DNA of 64,000 nucleotides from Nageia nagi (taxonomy: Eukaryota; Plantae; Pinophyta). Every line of letters begins with the position of its first letter. Position 1 is the stretch's first letter. Below, piece after piece: positions 52,370 to 64,000 of the stretch. The DNA is taken from the NCBI GenBank assembly GCA_050084985.1, contig JBITNC010000001.1, positions 126,232,001 to 126,296,000 on the forward strand, given 5' to 3'. The translations under genes were made by a program, and so were the position numbers. The notes under the pieces were generated by a model. That model was not told the origin of the DNA and made no database searches. It saw only the letters and a program-made list of their open reading frames with translations.

Positions 52370-55300
52370 GAATAATGATGAATTGCAATAGAAGGGCTAC
52401 CAAAAATGATAATGAAAGTTCATGAAGTCATTCCACCTAAAATAACAAAGGAGAAGAAGCCATCAAGATATACAAAAGTAGGTGGTGGACTAACAAGAGA
52501 TAATAAACAATCTACTAAATAAGCAAGTTGAACCTTCAAGAGAAGAAATTGTTTGAGGATAAGAAAGACTTGAAGAGATAGATGAATAGCTTCAGAAAAG
52601 AATTGAGCAAGAACTTACAACAAAACTTAAGAAAGCTTAGATCCTAAAATTTAAGGGTGGAAATAAGGTGAACAAGAGGAAGTATGGTTAGAAGAAGCAA
52701 AAACCTACTTCACAATAAAGAACTTATCATCAGAGACCAAAATGGTTTGGGTTACATATAATTTTTAAGATATTGCACTAGAGTGGTGGAATGCATACAT
52801 TTTGCAAGAGATTCATTTCTCATGTTTACTATGATAGAAAGAATGGGGAATGCTATACTATTTAGTAAGGACCCATGAGTGTTCAAAGCTACCATTAGAT
52901 ATTTATTAGGCTACTTAAATACATCCTAGAAGATAAGAATCACATTAAGGTCCATAGATTCCTTATGGGGTTAGATCCTAAGATTAAAACTATGGTAAAT
53001 GTATTAGATCCCAAAATGTTGGAAGAGGTGTATGACCTTGCCAAAAGGGAAGAAAGCAATTTGGGTATCAAGAAGACCTTTGTAAACTATACTCTTCCAA
53101 ATGAAAAAGACAAGGAAGTATACTGAAAGAGTTAAAGTGTAGAGCATCAAGCTCAGCATATAGGAAATAAAAAGATCAAGGAAAATAATCATAGTTACAA
53201 GGATGATAATTTTCCTAAATTTGAGAAGAGGTCATTTGGAAATAAGGGTATAAGAAGAACTATTTTTAGAGGAGGAATCAATAGTTCTATAAGCAAAATC
53301 ATAACCCTAGGAATGGAAGCCAAGGTTTTAGGAACCATGGTTAAGAATTTCTAGATCAAAGAGTAAATCATAATGCACCTAAATATAAGGTCCCATAACA
53401 AAAAAAGTCTCCTCAAGATGGATGTTGGAATTATTATGGAGCTCACATTGCGAATCAGTGTTTCTTGAAGATAGATCCACATAAAGACATTGAATCTTTG
53501 TAGCTATCAGATTGGGAAAGACCAAAGGAAAATCCACACCTCTTCAAATCCTTGGTAAAGTTTCTAACAAATCTTTTAGGGTTTTGATAGATTATGGTGC
53601 TATAGATATTTTTATTTCAAATTCCTTAGTTAAAGACATGTTAAAGGTACTAAAATATTTGGCAAATGGGTGGTAAGTGGATTTTGGATTAGATCAGAAA
53701 TACCTTATCAAATAAAGCTTTAGGGATGTTGAAATAGAATTACCCAAGGGGTTTGTTAGATGGGATTTGTATGTGGTTCCCCTAGCCTCTTATGATATTA
53801 TCTGAGACATGATTTGGTTGATGGCCCATAAAATTTTAATTAAATTTTAGAAAACATGGGTAGAATACATCGATGTACCTCAAAATTGATACATGGTATA
53901 CAATGATCAAGGATCTTTTGAACCTTATTTGATCACAACCATGCAAGTTAAAAGAAGCATCAAGAAAAAGGAGATGATTTATGAATTTAAAGTTAATGAA
54001 GTGGAGCAAGAGGATAAGGAGGTAGAATTGTTAAGTACCCCATGTTAAGAGAATGCAAAGATGTATTCCTTGAAGATCTACCCAAATTACCCCTAAAATA
54101 AGAATTTGATTTCTTAATAGAGCTAGTACTAGGATAAGAGCCTATTTCTAGAACACCATACAAAATGAATACCATTGAGATGTAAGAGTTGAAGATAAAA
54201 TTGCAAGATTTATTAGAGAAAGGGTTGATAAAACCTAGTGTGTCATCGGGGCCACTCCTATGTTGTTTGTAAAAAGAAATATGGAATCTTAAGGTTATGT
54301 ATCAATTATAGGATGTTGAAAAAAATTCACCGTTAAGAATAGGTATCCTATACCTAGAATTGATGATTCATTTAATAAACTCAAGGATGTTGCTATTTTA
54401 TTCAAGATAGATCTAATATTGGGATACCATAAATTGAAAATTAAGAGATCAAAAACCCATAAAAAAACTTTTAAAACTAGGTATGGAAACTATGAGTTTG
54501 TGGTATTACCTTTTGGGTTAACAAATTCTCATACAACATTCATGAACTTGATGAATAGTGTCTACTAGGAATACCTAGATAAGTTTGTGTTAGTATTTAT
54601 GGATGATATCCTCATATACTCAAAGAATGAGGAGGAACATAGTCATCATCTATGATTAGCTCTAGAAGTATTGAGAAGAAACCAATTATATGGAAAATTA
54701 TCAAAGTGGAACTTCTATGTTTTCTAAATTCAATATCTAGGCCACATCATCTCTATAGAAGGAATTTTAGTTTACCCCAAGAAAGTGGGAGCAATAATGA
54801 GTTGGTATACACCAAAAAATGTGATTGAGGTAAGGTTTTTTATGGAATTAGTTGGGTACTATCAAAGATTTGTCAAAGATTTTTTAAAAATAGCCAATCC
54901 CATCACTATTCTTCAAAAAAAGAATAAGGTGTCCAAATGGATAGAAAAGTATGAACAAACTTTTACACTCTTAAAAGAAAAACTTAACATAACACTAATT
55001 ATCACTATCCCTAATCCACATGGTGATTTTATAGTATGTAAAGATACTTCACAAGAGGGTTTGGGTGGTGTGTTATCACAAAATAGAAATCCAATAGCAT
55101 TTGAATCAAGAAAATTGAAAACAAATGAGCTAAATTATGTAACTCATGATCCTTAGTTGAAAGTTGTAGTGCATGCACTCAAAATGTAGATACCCTATCT
55201 TTTAGGGAAGCCTCTCAAACTTGAAACAGATCACCAATGTTTGAAGTATGTTTTTATTCAAAAATATATAAATGCTAGGCAAGGGTGATGGATATAATTC

Positions 55301-57880
55301 CTAGCTGAATATGATTTTGGTATTAAGTACGTAAAAGAAAAGGAAAAAAAAGTGGTAGATGCTTTGATTCATATGCAACATATCAATTCCATGATAAGAA
55401 GTCAATTTGACTTATTTGACCAAGTGAAAGTTTTTATAGCAAGAAGACTTGTATTGCAGATCAATTTGAGAATTGATTGGGAAATATACCCCATCAACCC
55501 AAGATTTTACTAAAAAAGATGGAAATATTTATTTTAAGGATAGATTAGTCATGCTAGAGAAGGAAAATTTAATATGTTTAATCATAAAAGAAGCCCATTT
55601 TCCCCCGTATGTAGCACACCCAAGAGGTACAAAGATGAGAGAAGATCAAAAATAAAGATTTTATTGAGATGGTATGAAAAAAGATATAGCAAAATTTGTG
55701 GCAATATGCCTTCAATGTCAAATAGTGAAGGTAGAACATCAACATACAAGAGGATATCTATATCCACATGATGTTCTTATGCTAAAATGGTAAGCAATTT
55801 TAATGGATTTTATTATTAGTTTGCCAAAAACTAGGTTCCATCACAAGTCAATTTTGGTAGTGGTTGATAGATTGATGTAGGTAACACATTTTATACCTGG
55901 TAACACCACTAATGATGCCTCTATAGTATCAAATAAGTTTACCCATGAAATATTTAGATTGCAAGGATTTCCTAAGGTGATCATCTTAGATAGGGATTCT
56001 AAGTTCACCTTCATATTTTGGAAAACATTGCATAAGGCATTGGGAACAAAATTGAATATGAGTTTAGCATATCATGTTGAAAAAGATAGATAGATTGAAC
56101 AAGTGAATATAATCCTTTAGGACATGCTTACAATGTACTACATGGAGCAAAAAACTAAATGCGAGGATTACATCTGCTTAGTCAAATATACTTATAGTAA
56201 TGGATATCATTCATCATTGAGAATGACTCCTTTTTAGGCTCTTTATGGAAGAAGATGCTTGAATCCTTTATCTTGGGACAATTGGGAGGATCAATTGATG
56301 ATCTAATTGAAGATGTTAAAGCAAATAGAGGAGCACCTAAAGTCCATTCAGCAAAAGCTCAAGGAAGCCATCAATTGATAAAAGAGTTATGCTGATCTCA
56401 AGAGACCTCCTTGAGAATTTATTTTGGGTGAAAATATATTTTTATGAGTCCAACCCATGAAAAGTGCCATAAAGTCTACCAAATTGGATCCTCGATTTGT
56501 TGGTCCTTTTGATATGTTTAAAAATTAGAGTTTAGTTGCTACAAACTTGCTTTGCCATCAAGTTTATCAAAAAATTATGATGTCTTTCATATCTCTTTGC
56601 TGAGAAAGCATGTTACTGACCACTCTCATGTGTTGTATTTCTTTGATTTGTAGATGTCAAACCCTTATGCTATTAAAGTTCTCCTTATTAGGATCCTAGC
56701 TTTTAGAACTAGCACTACTACTAAAAGGCTTATTTATGTCCATTTTTTGCATCTTAAAATATGAAAAATGAAAATCAATGTTAATTTCCATCCTCCTATG
56801 TTGACATGCATCATTTTAATTTTTTTTCCATTTTTTAACTTTTTCCAATCAAATTTTTTATCATTTTGCACCAACAAAAATATAAAACACATTTTACCTA
56901 TTCATCAATTGACCAATTGATAGATCACATTTATTTCATCCTTCATTCATACCAAAAGTGATTACTCAATATACCAAATACCCTCTCCTATTTATATATA
57001 TCAACAAACCCTCCCTATAATCCTTACATTTCATACACTTTAGCTAATTATTTTCTTCCTTAGTGTTTATGTTATGATCGTAGCTATGGCACCCAAGGAA
57101 AAGAAGAAGCCCATAGAGAATAAGCCCACAGTAAAATAAATATCAATAGTTACAGAAAAGAAAACTCCTTTGAAGGTTAAAAAAGAAGAAGGTAACAAGA
57201 AATGAAAAATAATATTAAAAACCTTACTATATTATTAATTAAAATAATATATAATAAATTTAAATTTTTAAAACCTAAACCATCAACCCCATTCCTGAAC
57301 TAGTTTAATGGACCTATGTCATTGCCCCAAAGACCTAATAAAAATGATGTACCTTGCAGAGGTCGTAGCTTTTGATTTGGATATCATTTTGAGCCCATTT
57401 TTTTAATCACATAGAATTAAAATATCTATAATTCTATGATATTCTCTTCTAAAAATTGATGCAAAAAATGATGCAAATTATGAAAATTTTACATAAACAT
57501 TGAATCAAATTATGAAATTCCAATGCAAAAATTGATGCAAATTCTAAAAAATGATGCAAAAATGATGTAAATGGTGGCTTTAAGGATGCAAAAAGTGGCT
57601 TTAAGGATGAAAAAATAGAAATAGAAAAATGCAAAAAAAGACATAAATTTTGGCATGCACATTACATTGGAATTTACATCAAAAAAAGAGGAAAAAATGA
57701 AAAAAAAAAAAAAACATTCCAATGCAAAAAAGGATGCAAATTCACTTTTTGATGGTAGTGTAGAAAACTAAGAAGTTGATAGATTAATGAGTGTTTAGTG
57801 CAATGGGACAAGTATTCCTAATTGTCTTCCACTTGGGAAGATTAATACACCATGAGAAGATAATTTCCTTATTTTTTTAA
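52370..57880 (+). pseudogene. gag-pol of element A, many stops and frameshifts
   Basis: ALEWWNA, GCWNY..H...C knuckle, [58 protein letters not shown], and chromodomain CLVQW..STWED (57797-57842). Confidence 0.88.
56713..57760. mobile_element. non-autonomous CACTA element (1048 bp)
   Basis: CACTAC...GTAGTG termini; 3-bp TSD TAG at 56710-56712 and 57761-57763; subterminal AAAA(T/G)GATGCAAA repeats in opposite orientation at the two ends. Confidence 0.92.
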
Positions 57881-57962
57881 ATGATTATGTGAAACATTTT
57901 CAAAACTTTATCATTGTATTTAAGAACATAGGGAATTGTGTTCCTTTGTAAGGCAAGTAGTA

Positions 57963-60657
57963 TGTAATGACCTATCCAATTTCCACTATTAATACTTGAG
58001 TACCATCAAGGATTTTGAGTAGTGATATGCATTATTTATATCAATTTGATGTTGGCTTTGATATTTTATGACACACATTAGAGGTTGAATCAAGATGGAA
58101 AGTTTGATTAAAGACCTAAGGGACTGGTTGGTGATGGGAATGAAATGGTAAGAATGAGAAAATTATTTTTGTTGGTTCATTGATAAACCCTAATGAATAT
58201 CATAGATCATGTAGATGCATGACATAATTAAGAAGCATAATAGTCAAATTCGATGATGAATGTGTGGATATGTGTGTGCACTAATGAACTTACCTTGCAG
58301 GATGAAGAGACTAATTTAGGTCAAAATGGATGTTAAAACTTTAATATGCATTTTCAAAATTTATTCCAAAAGAGGCAAGGAATATTCCATTCTTTTGAAT
58401 TTAAAATTTCACATTATAGTTTTTAGTGAAATGGGGTGAAATGATAGTTAAAAAAGACTATTGTCATGTTTGGATGTTACAAAAGTATTTTGGTAGGTTG
58501 TGAAAATAATTGAGATAGAATCCCCACATACCTTGCTTCATTGTGTTAGGTGTAAGAAATAATTTGAATCAATTTGTAGGCTAATATAAAAGAGTCCAAA
58601 ATATTTTATGACACTACACTTGCCAACAAAATTAATTTAGACCCACCATACAAAAAAATGAAATACCTAAATCTTCCCTAAAAGAAGGATTGAAGGGGAT
58701 GAGTAGAAACTTGTTTGGAAATATTATATCCACCTTGGCTATAAATAAGGTAGGAACCTTAGGAAAATTCACTACCACCTCATCATTCACAAGCTTTGGT
58801 ATAGATTCCCATGGAGAGAAGAAGTCTTCCCTCTCAAGTCTAGGTGCTTTCCTTTTTGCATCTTAGCTAATGTCTAGCTAAAATTTGAATTCATTTGTTA
58901 TGTTTGATGAAGGTTTATGAATACATATTGATGAGATTAAATTGTTAGTAATAGTATTACTACTTATTGAAGAAACACTTCATTTTTTTATTTGATAGTA
59001 AATATGTGAAGCTTGTACCTATAGTTAAAAGGAGGCATGGTTTATTATCTTTATTTAAATTCTATTATAGAGAGAAAACATATAATACATTATTTTATTA
59101 ATGGGATAACATATTTTATTGGTGGGGTAACATATTTTATTTATTGACAAGAATATTCTTCCCACACCATGAATGCTCCTGAGGATGTCCACTTTAGCAA
59201 TGTCGTGAGCTCTTTCCTCAACCTTTTACCACTCTCATATGTATTTAAGCAAGTTTCCAATGTCAATTATAAAAACCATGAGAAGGTGCAACAAGAAAAT
59301 ATGGAGGGAATATTGGTTATGTACTTATTTCTTCTTTCCATGATGTGCACTAAGATTTGTTACCTTGTCCATATGGATTTTTAGTCGATAAGGAACAACA
59401 TCTTCAATAAGGCTCCCATCCATTCTAAAATCCATTTAGCTTATAGTCATTTTTGAATGCTTGAAGGTTGTTTCCTCCAATAATAATCTACTTTATGACC
59501 TTTAAATCCAATACTTATGCTCACATAGTCTTGGGTACCTAAAACTAGTAGGATAGGGATCCTTCTTCCTCTATGTTTGATTTGAAAAGACTCATGCTTC
59601 TTGGAGAGGTGTTTCTTGCACATGTAGATAAATTTTATGTTTCTCTCTCTCTATGTAGGTATGCCCTAAGAAGCATATGAGCCCTTGAGGGTATAAGTGT
59701 GTTGATAAACACCATGTTGTTGAGATTTAAAATGATAGATTTATGGCATAGTAAAGTTCCAAGTCTACCCAATAATGAATAATGCTATAGAATTGAATAC
59801 ATCACTCCCATATTTCTAGGCCTCGTAAAAGGACTTTCTAGGTTTGAAACACCATGTTTGTTAGCAATGTGAAGTGTCACAATGATAGGAATATCATTGA
59901 GTCCAAAAATCCTCCAAACTTTTCCTAAATACCATTGGAAAACAACATGATTGGATTTGACTAGGTACTTACTTACATACTTATAGGGTACCTTGATAAG
60001 CTAGCTCATTTGAAAATGTAGGGGTAGAGAGTGGATAGTTTTCAATTAAATGTTTTTAATTGATCCTATACTACACATACATTTGTGAAGCTTATGTCCA
60101 TTAATTTTTTTGAATAATGGTAAATATGTTGTTATGTAGAAAGAAGTATTATGAAATTTGTATTAATTGCATAGAATAGATAGTATGCATTATTAAGCAT
60201 TAATCAAATTATAATAGTAATAATCTTGGAAGATGTTTAGTATAAGGTGATGATGTCATTGATATGAATCAAAGAGGAAATAATTTATTTATCACTATGT
60301 GCATTATTGAATTATGCTTTTACTTATATAAATTCAAATGATACTTAAGAAGGCCTTTAATGGAATAGCCTAAGTGCCTCTACATAATGTAGGTACATAT
60401 ATATGCTCACACAATATAAAATCCTATTGTCGCAATATGATCTCTAACTTTGTAGTCTTTTATCTTCCATGAATATGGATTTATAAAACCCTATTATCCA
60501 AATATGCTCACACGATATAACTCAAATTATATGAAGAGAAAGGATTCATAATCCAAGGGGAACTATTTAGTAATACTATATACTAGTATGGGTTAAGATT
60601 AGATCAAACCCTAGGGAATTGATATTATTAACCATAGACCCTTGTAAATAGATCATA
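57963..60657 (+). repeat. 3' LTR of element A, truncated
   Basis: Starts TGTAAT after a degenerate PPT; matches the 5' LTR up to 50419; lacks ~49405-50035 and the last ~1.7 kb. Confidence 0.85.
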
Positions 60658-62843
60658 TTTGATGAATATCTCCTAGGATAGAATGAATATTACCATTTTG
60701 AATCAAATAATGAGTCAATAATTTAAGAGTAATAGAGTACAAGTCCATTTTCTTGCTACCTATTGAAACAAATCTAGTACAATGAACTCCACTAAGAATT
60801 AAGTAATTAAACCTTTGCATAATTGTTGAAAGGTTGAATACAAATGGTGCTAACATAAACATTAAAGATCCTAAGAACATTGAAAGGGTTCAATATGTGT
60901 TAGATCTCCCTTGAAAGGAATTATGTAATGATTCATGAAAGTATGATATATGAATCAATAAGTATTTTGTAAAGGAAATAAATGATTTTATGCTCAATTC
61001 TAAAGTAAAAGTGAAGAACCAGTATTCAATAGAAGATTTAGATCATTATAGTTTTATTAGGAACAATTATGTATCAATAATGGTTATGGTATGTAAGCAA
61101 AACCTTTAAATAAGGTAAATAAAAAAAGTATAAATAACATATCTCTCCATCTTTGAATAAGGTAAACAATTTTCAAATATTGGAAGGTGATATACAAGAA
61201 GATCTTTTAGTAAGCTAAAGACTTAAGCCCACTCCAAGGTAGTTTCCCTCAATTATAAAAAGTGATAGTTTAAACCATCAATTTTTGTTGTAATTTTAAA
61301 AGATCTCAAAAAGAAATTTCATTGCAAAATTAAAGTTCAATGAAAGGTTGATCCAACATCAAAGAAAGAAGAAATCAAAAATTTTGAGACATTTAACATA
61401 AGATTAGTTATGTTAAGTCACAATTGATATGAAGAATAACTTTTAAGAAAAAAAATTATTGTCATAGGTTCTTTGTAATTCAGTTTAGTATCATTCAAAA
61501 ATGGTAATAAAAGTTGATAAGATTAATAATGGTAAAAGTGATGAACCAATGAATATGATCATGAATAGAAAAAAAAATTCTAGCCATGGAATTTATAGGA
61601 AACAAATATGGTGATACTATTGAAGCTTGGGTGAAAGAACTTAAGATCTATTTTGAGACCAAAAAACTATAACACCTATCAAAAAGATAGGTGGATTATT
61701 ATGCTACTTGAATATTCAGCTTTAGAATGATGGGAGAACCTCATGATGGATGGAAAGATATATACTAAGTATGTGTCAAATATGTTACTCATGGGAACAC
61801 TTGATGAATTTGATAGAATCAAGCAAATAAGTAGGTCAGCTAAAGAATTTCATAAGTAGGTAGTGAAAGTAATGAGGTATGAGATCTCAAAAGTTACATT
61901 CAAGAAATTCCATTAGCTTATTGAAAGACCTTGAAGATAAATAATTATTGCTACTAAATGATCCTTTGGGAATCCATCCACCAATGTATATGTTAAGAAA
62001 AGAAGATTTACCATCAAAGGAAGCCAATTGAAGACTTGAAGACAACAATGAAAATCAAAACAATGAAATATAAGAAAGAAAATGATAAGGATGTTCCATT
62101 AGGGATTAAAGAAATAGAGAACCTAAAATGATTGAATAATGAAGATCATGTTAAGGTTAAAGATATCCATGAGAAGATCAGAATGGTTGAGAAGTTTTAC
62201 AAAAGGATATACAACATGAATTAAAAGATTTTGAAAACAAAATATTTCAAGTATCCAAATAAAATAGTTAGATGGAAAGTATGACAAGAAAAATTACCTC
62301 CAATAAGACTTTTAGAGTAAAAATTAGGAGTAATAAGAAAGTACTATATGGAAAAGATAGTAAGATTTTCCTAAGAAATTGAACTAATTATGCCTAAAAT
62401 AGTTAATAAATATTGGATCCCAAAGTGTGAATGGGAAAATAGGTTAGCCAAAAAGAAAATAGCATCATGATATAAATTTACTAAATGAAAAGGGTAGAAG
62501 AGAATACCCTAAGAAATAAACATATCCAAATTAGATATTTAACTTGAAATTAATCTAACCTTTAGAGAAAAAAATGTTAGAATAAGGATAAATGTTGAAA
62601 TAATATAACAATTCCATCATGAATTCATTCATTAAGGGAGATTATGATGTTTGAACTAAGGAAAATCCTTAAAAGCTTAGTGAATTGAAAGATAGTTAGA
62701 TTGAGAATCCTAACTATGCATACTTATTCCTATAAATTTGGAATATTAAACAAGGTTATGAATACCAATATGGTTATTGGTAGACCTATTTTCTAAATAA
62801 AGTTAAGATAAATTGAATAAGTTAGATAATTTTAAGAGACTCA

Positions 62844-62924
<81 letters not shown>

Positions 62925-64000
62925 ATATAATATAATCTAACATTGCTTAATCTGATCAATTTGCACATAACAAAGGATAAGAATTAATACCCTTTGAAAA
63001 TAGGTAGGTTTAAGGATGCAAAAATTTCATGATGATATCTTAAGGACCAAGTTAGGATCAAGAAAAGATATCTAAAGGAAAAGAGGAGTGATATAGCAAA
63101 CAACCTATGATTAAAAATATATACATATAAATTATGTTTACTATAGTGAGCAAAAATATAGGAATGATGCGATGAGAATTCCAACAAAGCATAAGAATTT
63201 TTTAAGTCTTAGAATAAATTAGTCAAGTTAGAAATAAACTTAAACTTTTCACCTGATTTTTCTAAGGTATTTTGTTTTAAGTTTAGAAAACTTGTGAAGA
63301 AGTTGTGTTATGTTCCATCATGTTTTGCTATGAATACTGTATGTTATGATAAAATGTGTTTCATTATTGTGTGTGTAAAATGAAATAAGAAAACTTCAAA
63401 CTATAGTAGTTAACACAAGGGACTATGTTAATACAAGAGGGGAAGGATGTCAAAACCCAACTCCCTTTTGTGGATTCCCTTACTAGATTTAGGACTATGT
63501 GGTATTTGTTAGTGTGAAATAAGAGAATATTGTGATGTTTTGTTTCATTTATAGTATTTTTATAAAATTGAATTAAAAATCATCTTATTAAAATATGATA
63601 TTATCTATCCTTCTTCCTACGATATACTATCAAGGTGTACATGTTGTGTTCTACAGGTGATAGTTAAGAAGGTAGGATGCTCATGGGTACAAAGGTGATA
63701 ACACAAGGTGGATCAAGGATTTGAAAAGAAGATATAATATGACCACTACTAAAAAGCTTCCAATTACCAAAACACATACAGTTACATGGGGCAATGATAA
63801 TTGAGAGGACCCCTAAAATTGTGTGTTGAATTTTTATTCTTGCTATTTATTTATTATGAAGATTATACCAAGGATCCCTTGATGAGAATGTTAGTAGGGG
63901 TAGGTTATTTATTACAATTTTCATACACTTAGATATTAATTTAATTAATTAAAAATTAATTCAATTAATAAGATTATGTGATGCTAGATTAATAATGATA
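60658..64000 (+). mobile_element. gypsy-type element B: gag remnant, PPT and 3' LTR running off the window
   Basis: EFIGNKYGDTIEAWVKEL.IYF and ALE*WE (61590-61740); PPT AAGAGGGGAAGGA (63435-63447) followed by TGTCAAAACCC (63448). Confidence 0.7.
62846..62935. repeat. (TA)37 microsatellite followed by (TATAA)3
   Basis: Read directly from the sequence. Confidence 0.97.

Larger units (their letters stand above)
47041..60657 (+). mobile_element. Ty3/gypsy chromovirus (Tekay/Del-like) element A, decayed
   Basis: 5' LTR 47041-52116, PBS 52118-52129, gag-PR-RT-RH-INT-chromodomain remnants, 3' LTR from 57963 truncated at ~60657. Confidence 0.9.

Overview
AT-rich plant nuclear DNA, probably a large-genome gymnosperm (inferred from the LRR-RLP type, TTTAGGG-like repeats and the TE families). 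I see no intact host gene. The window is mostly nested, decayed transposons around two tandem, minus-strand pseudogenised copies of an LRR receptor-like protein (RLP) gene (~7.9-9.9 kb and 14238-16853), each with a conserved W-box promoter. In order: a young Ty3/gypsy element (1-4496) inserted in a Copia remnant; RLP copy 1, broken by a short-LTR element; RLP copy 2, cut off from its promoter by a complete 4.85-kb hAT transposon (8-bp TSD); a Copia remnant hosting a 15.8-kb DNA transposon (23418-39252); another Copia remnant; a LINE; and a long-LTR chromovirus (47041-60657) with a CACTA element in its chromodomain, apparently nested in a second gypsy-type element. The most unusual object is the 15.8-kb element. 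It has 28-bp TIRs starting GGG, a TTAT TSD and a Sola2-type DDD transposase. It also carries a ~2.9-kb telomere-derived satellite, a tRNA-Lys(UUU) copy and a convergent, spliced second gene of unknown family. Coordinates were read by eye: termini, TSDs and PBSs should be near exact, while boundaries of decayed segments are approximate.
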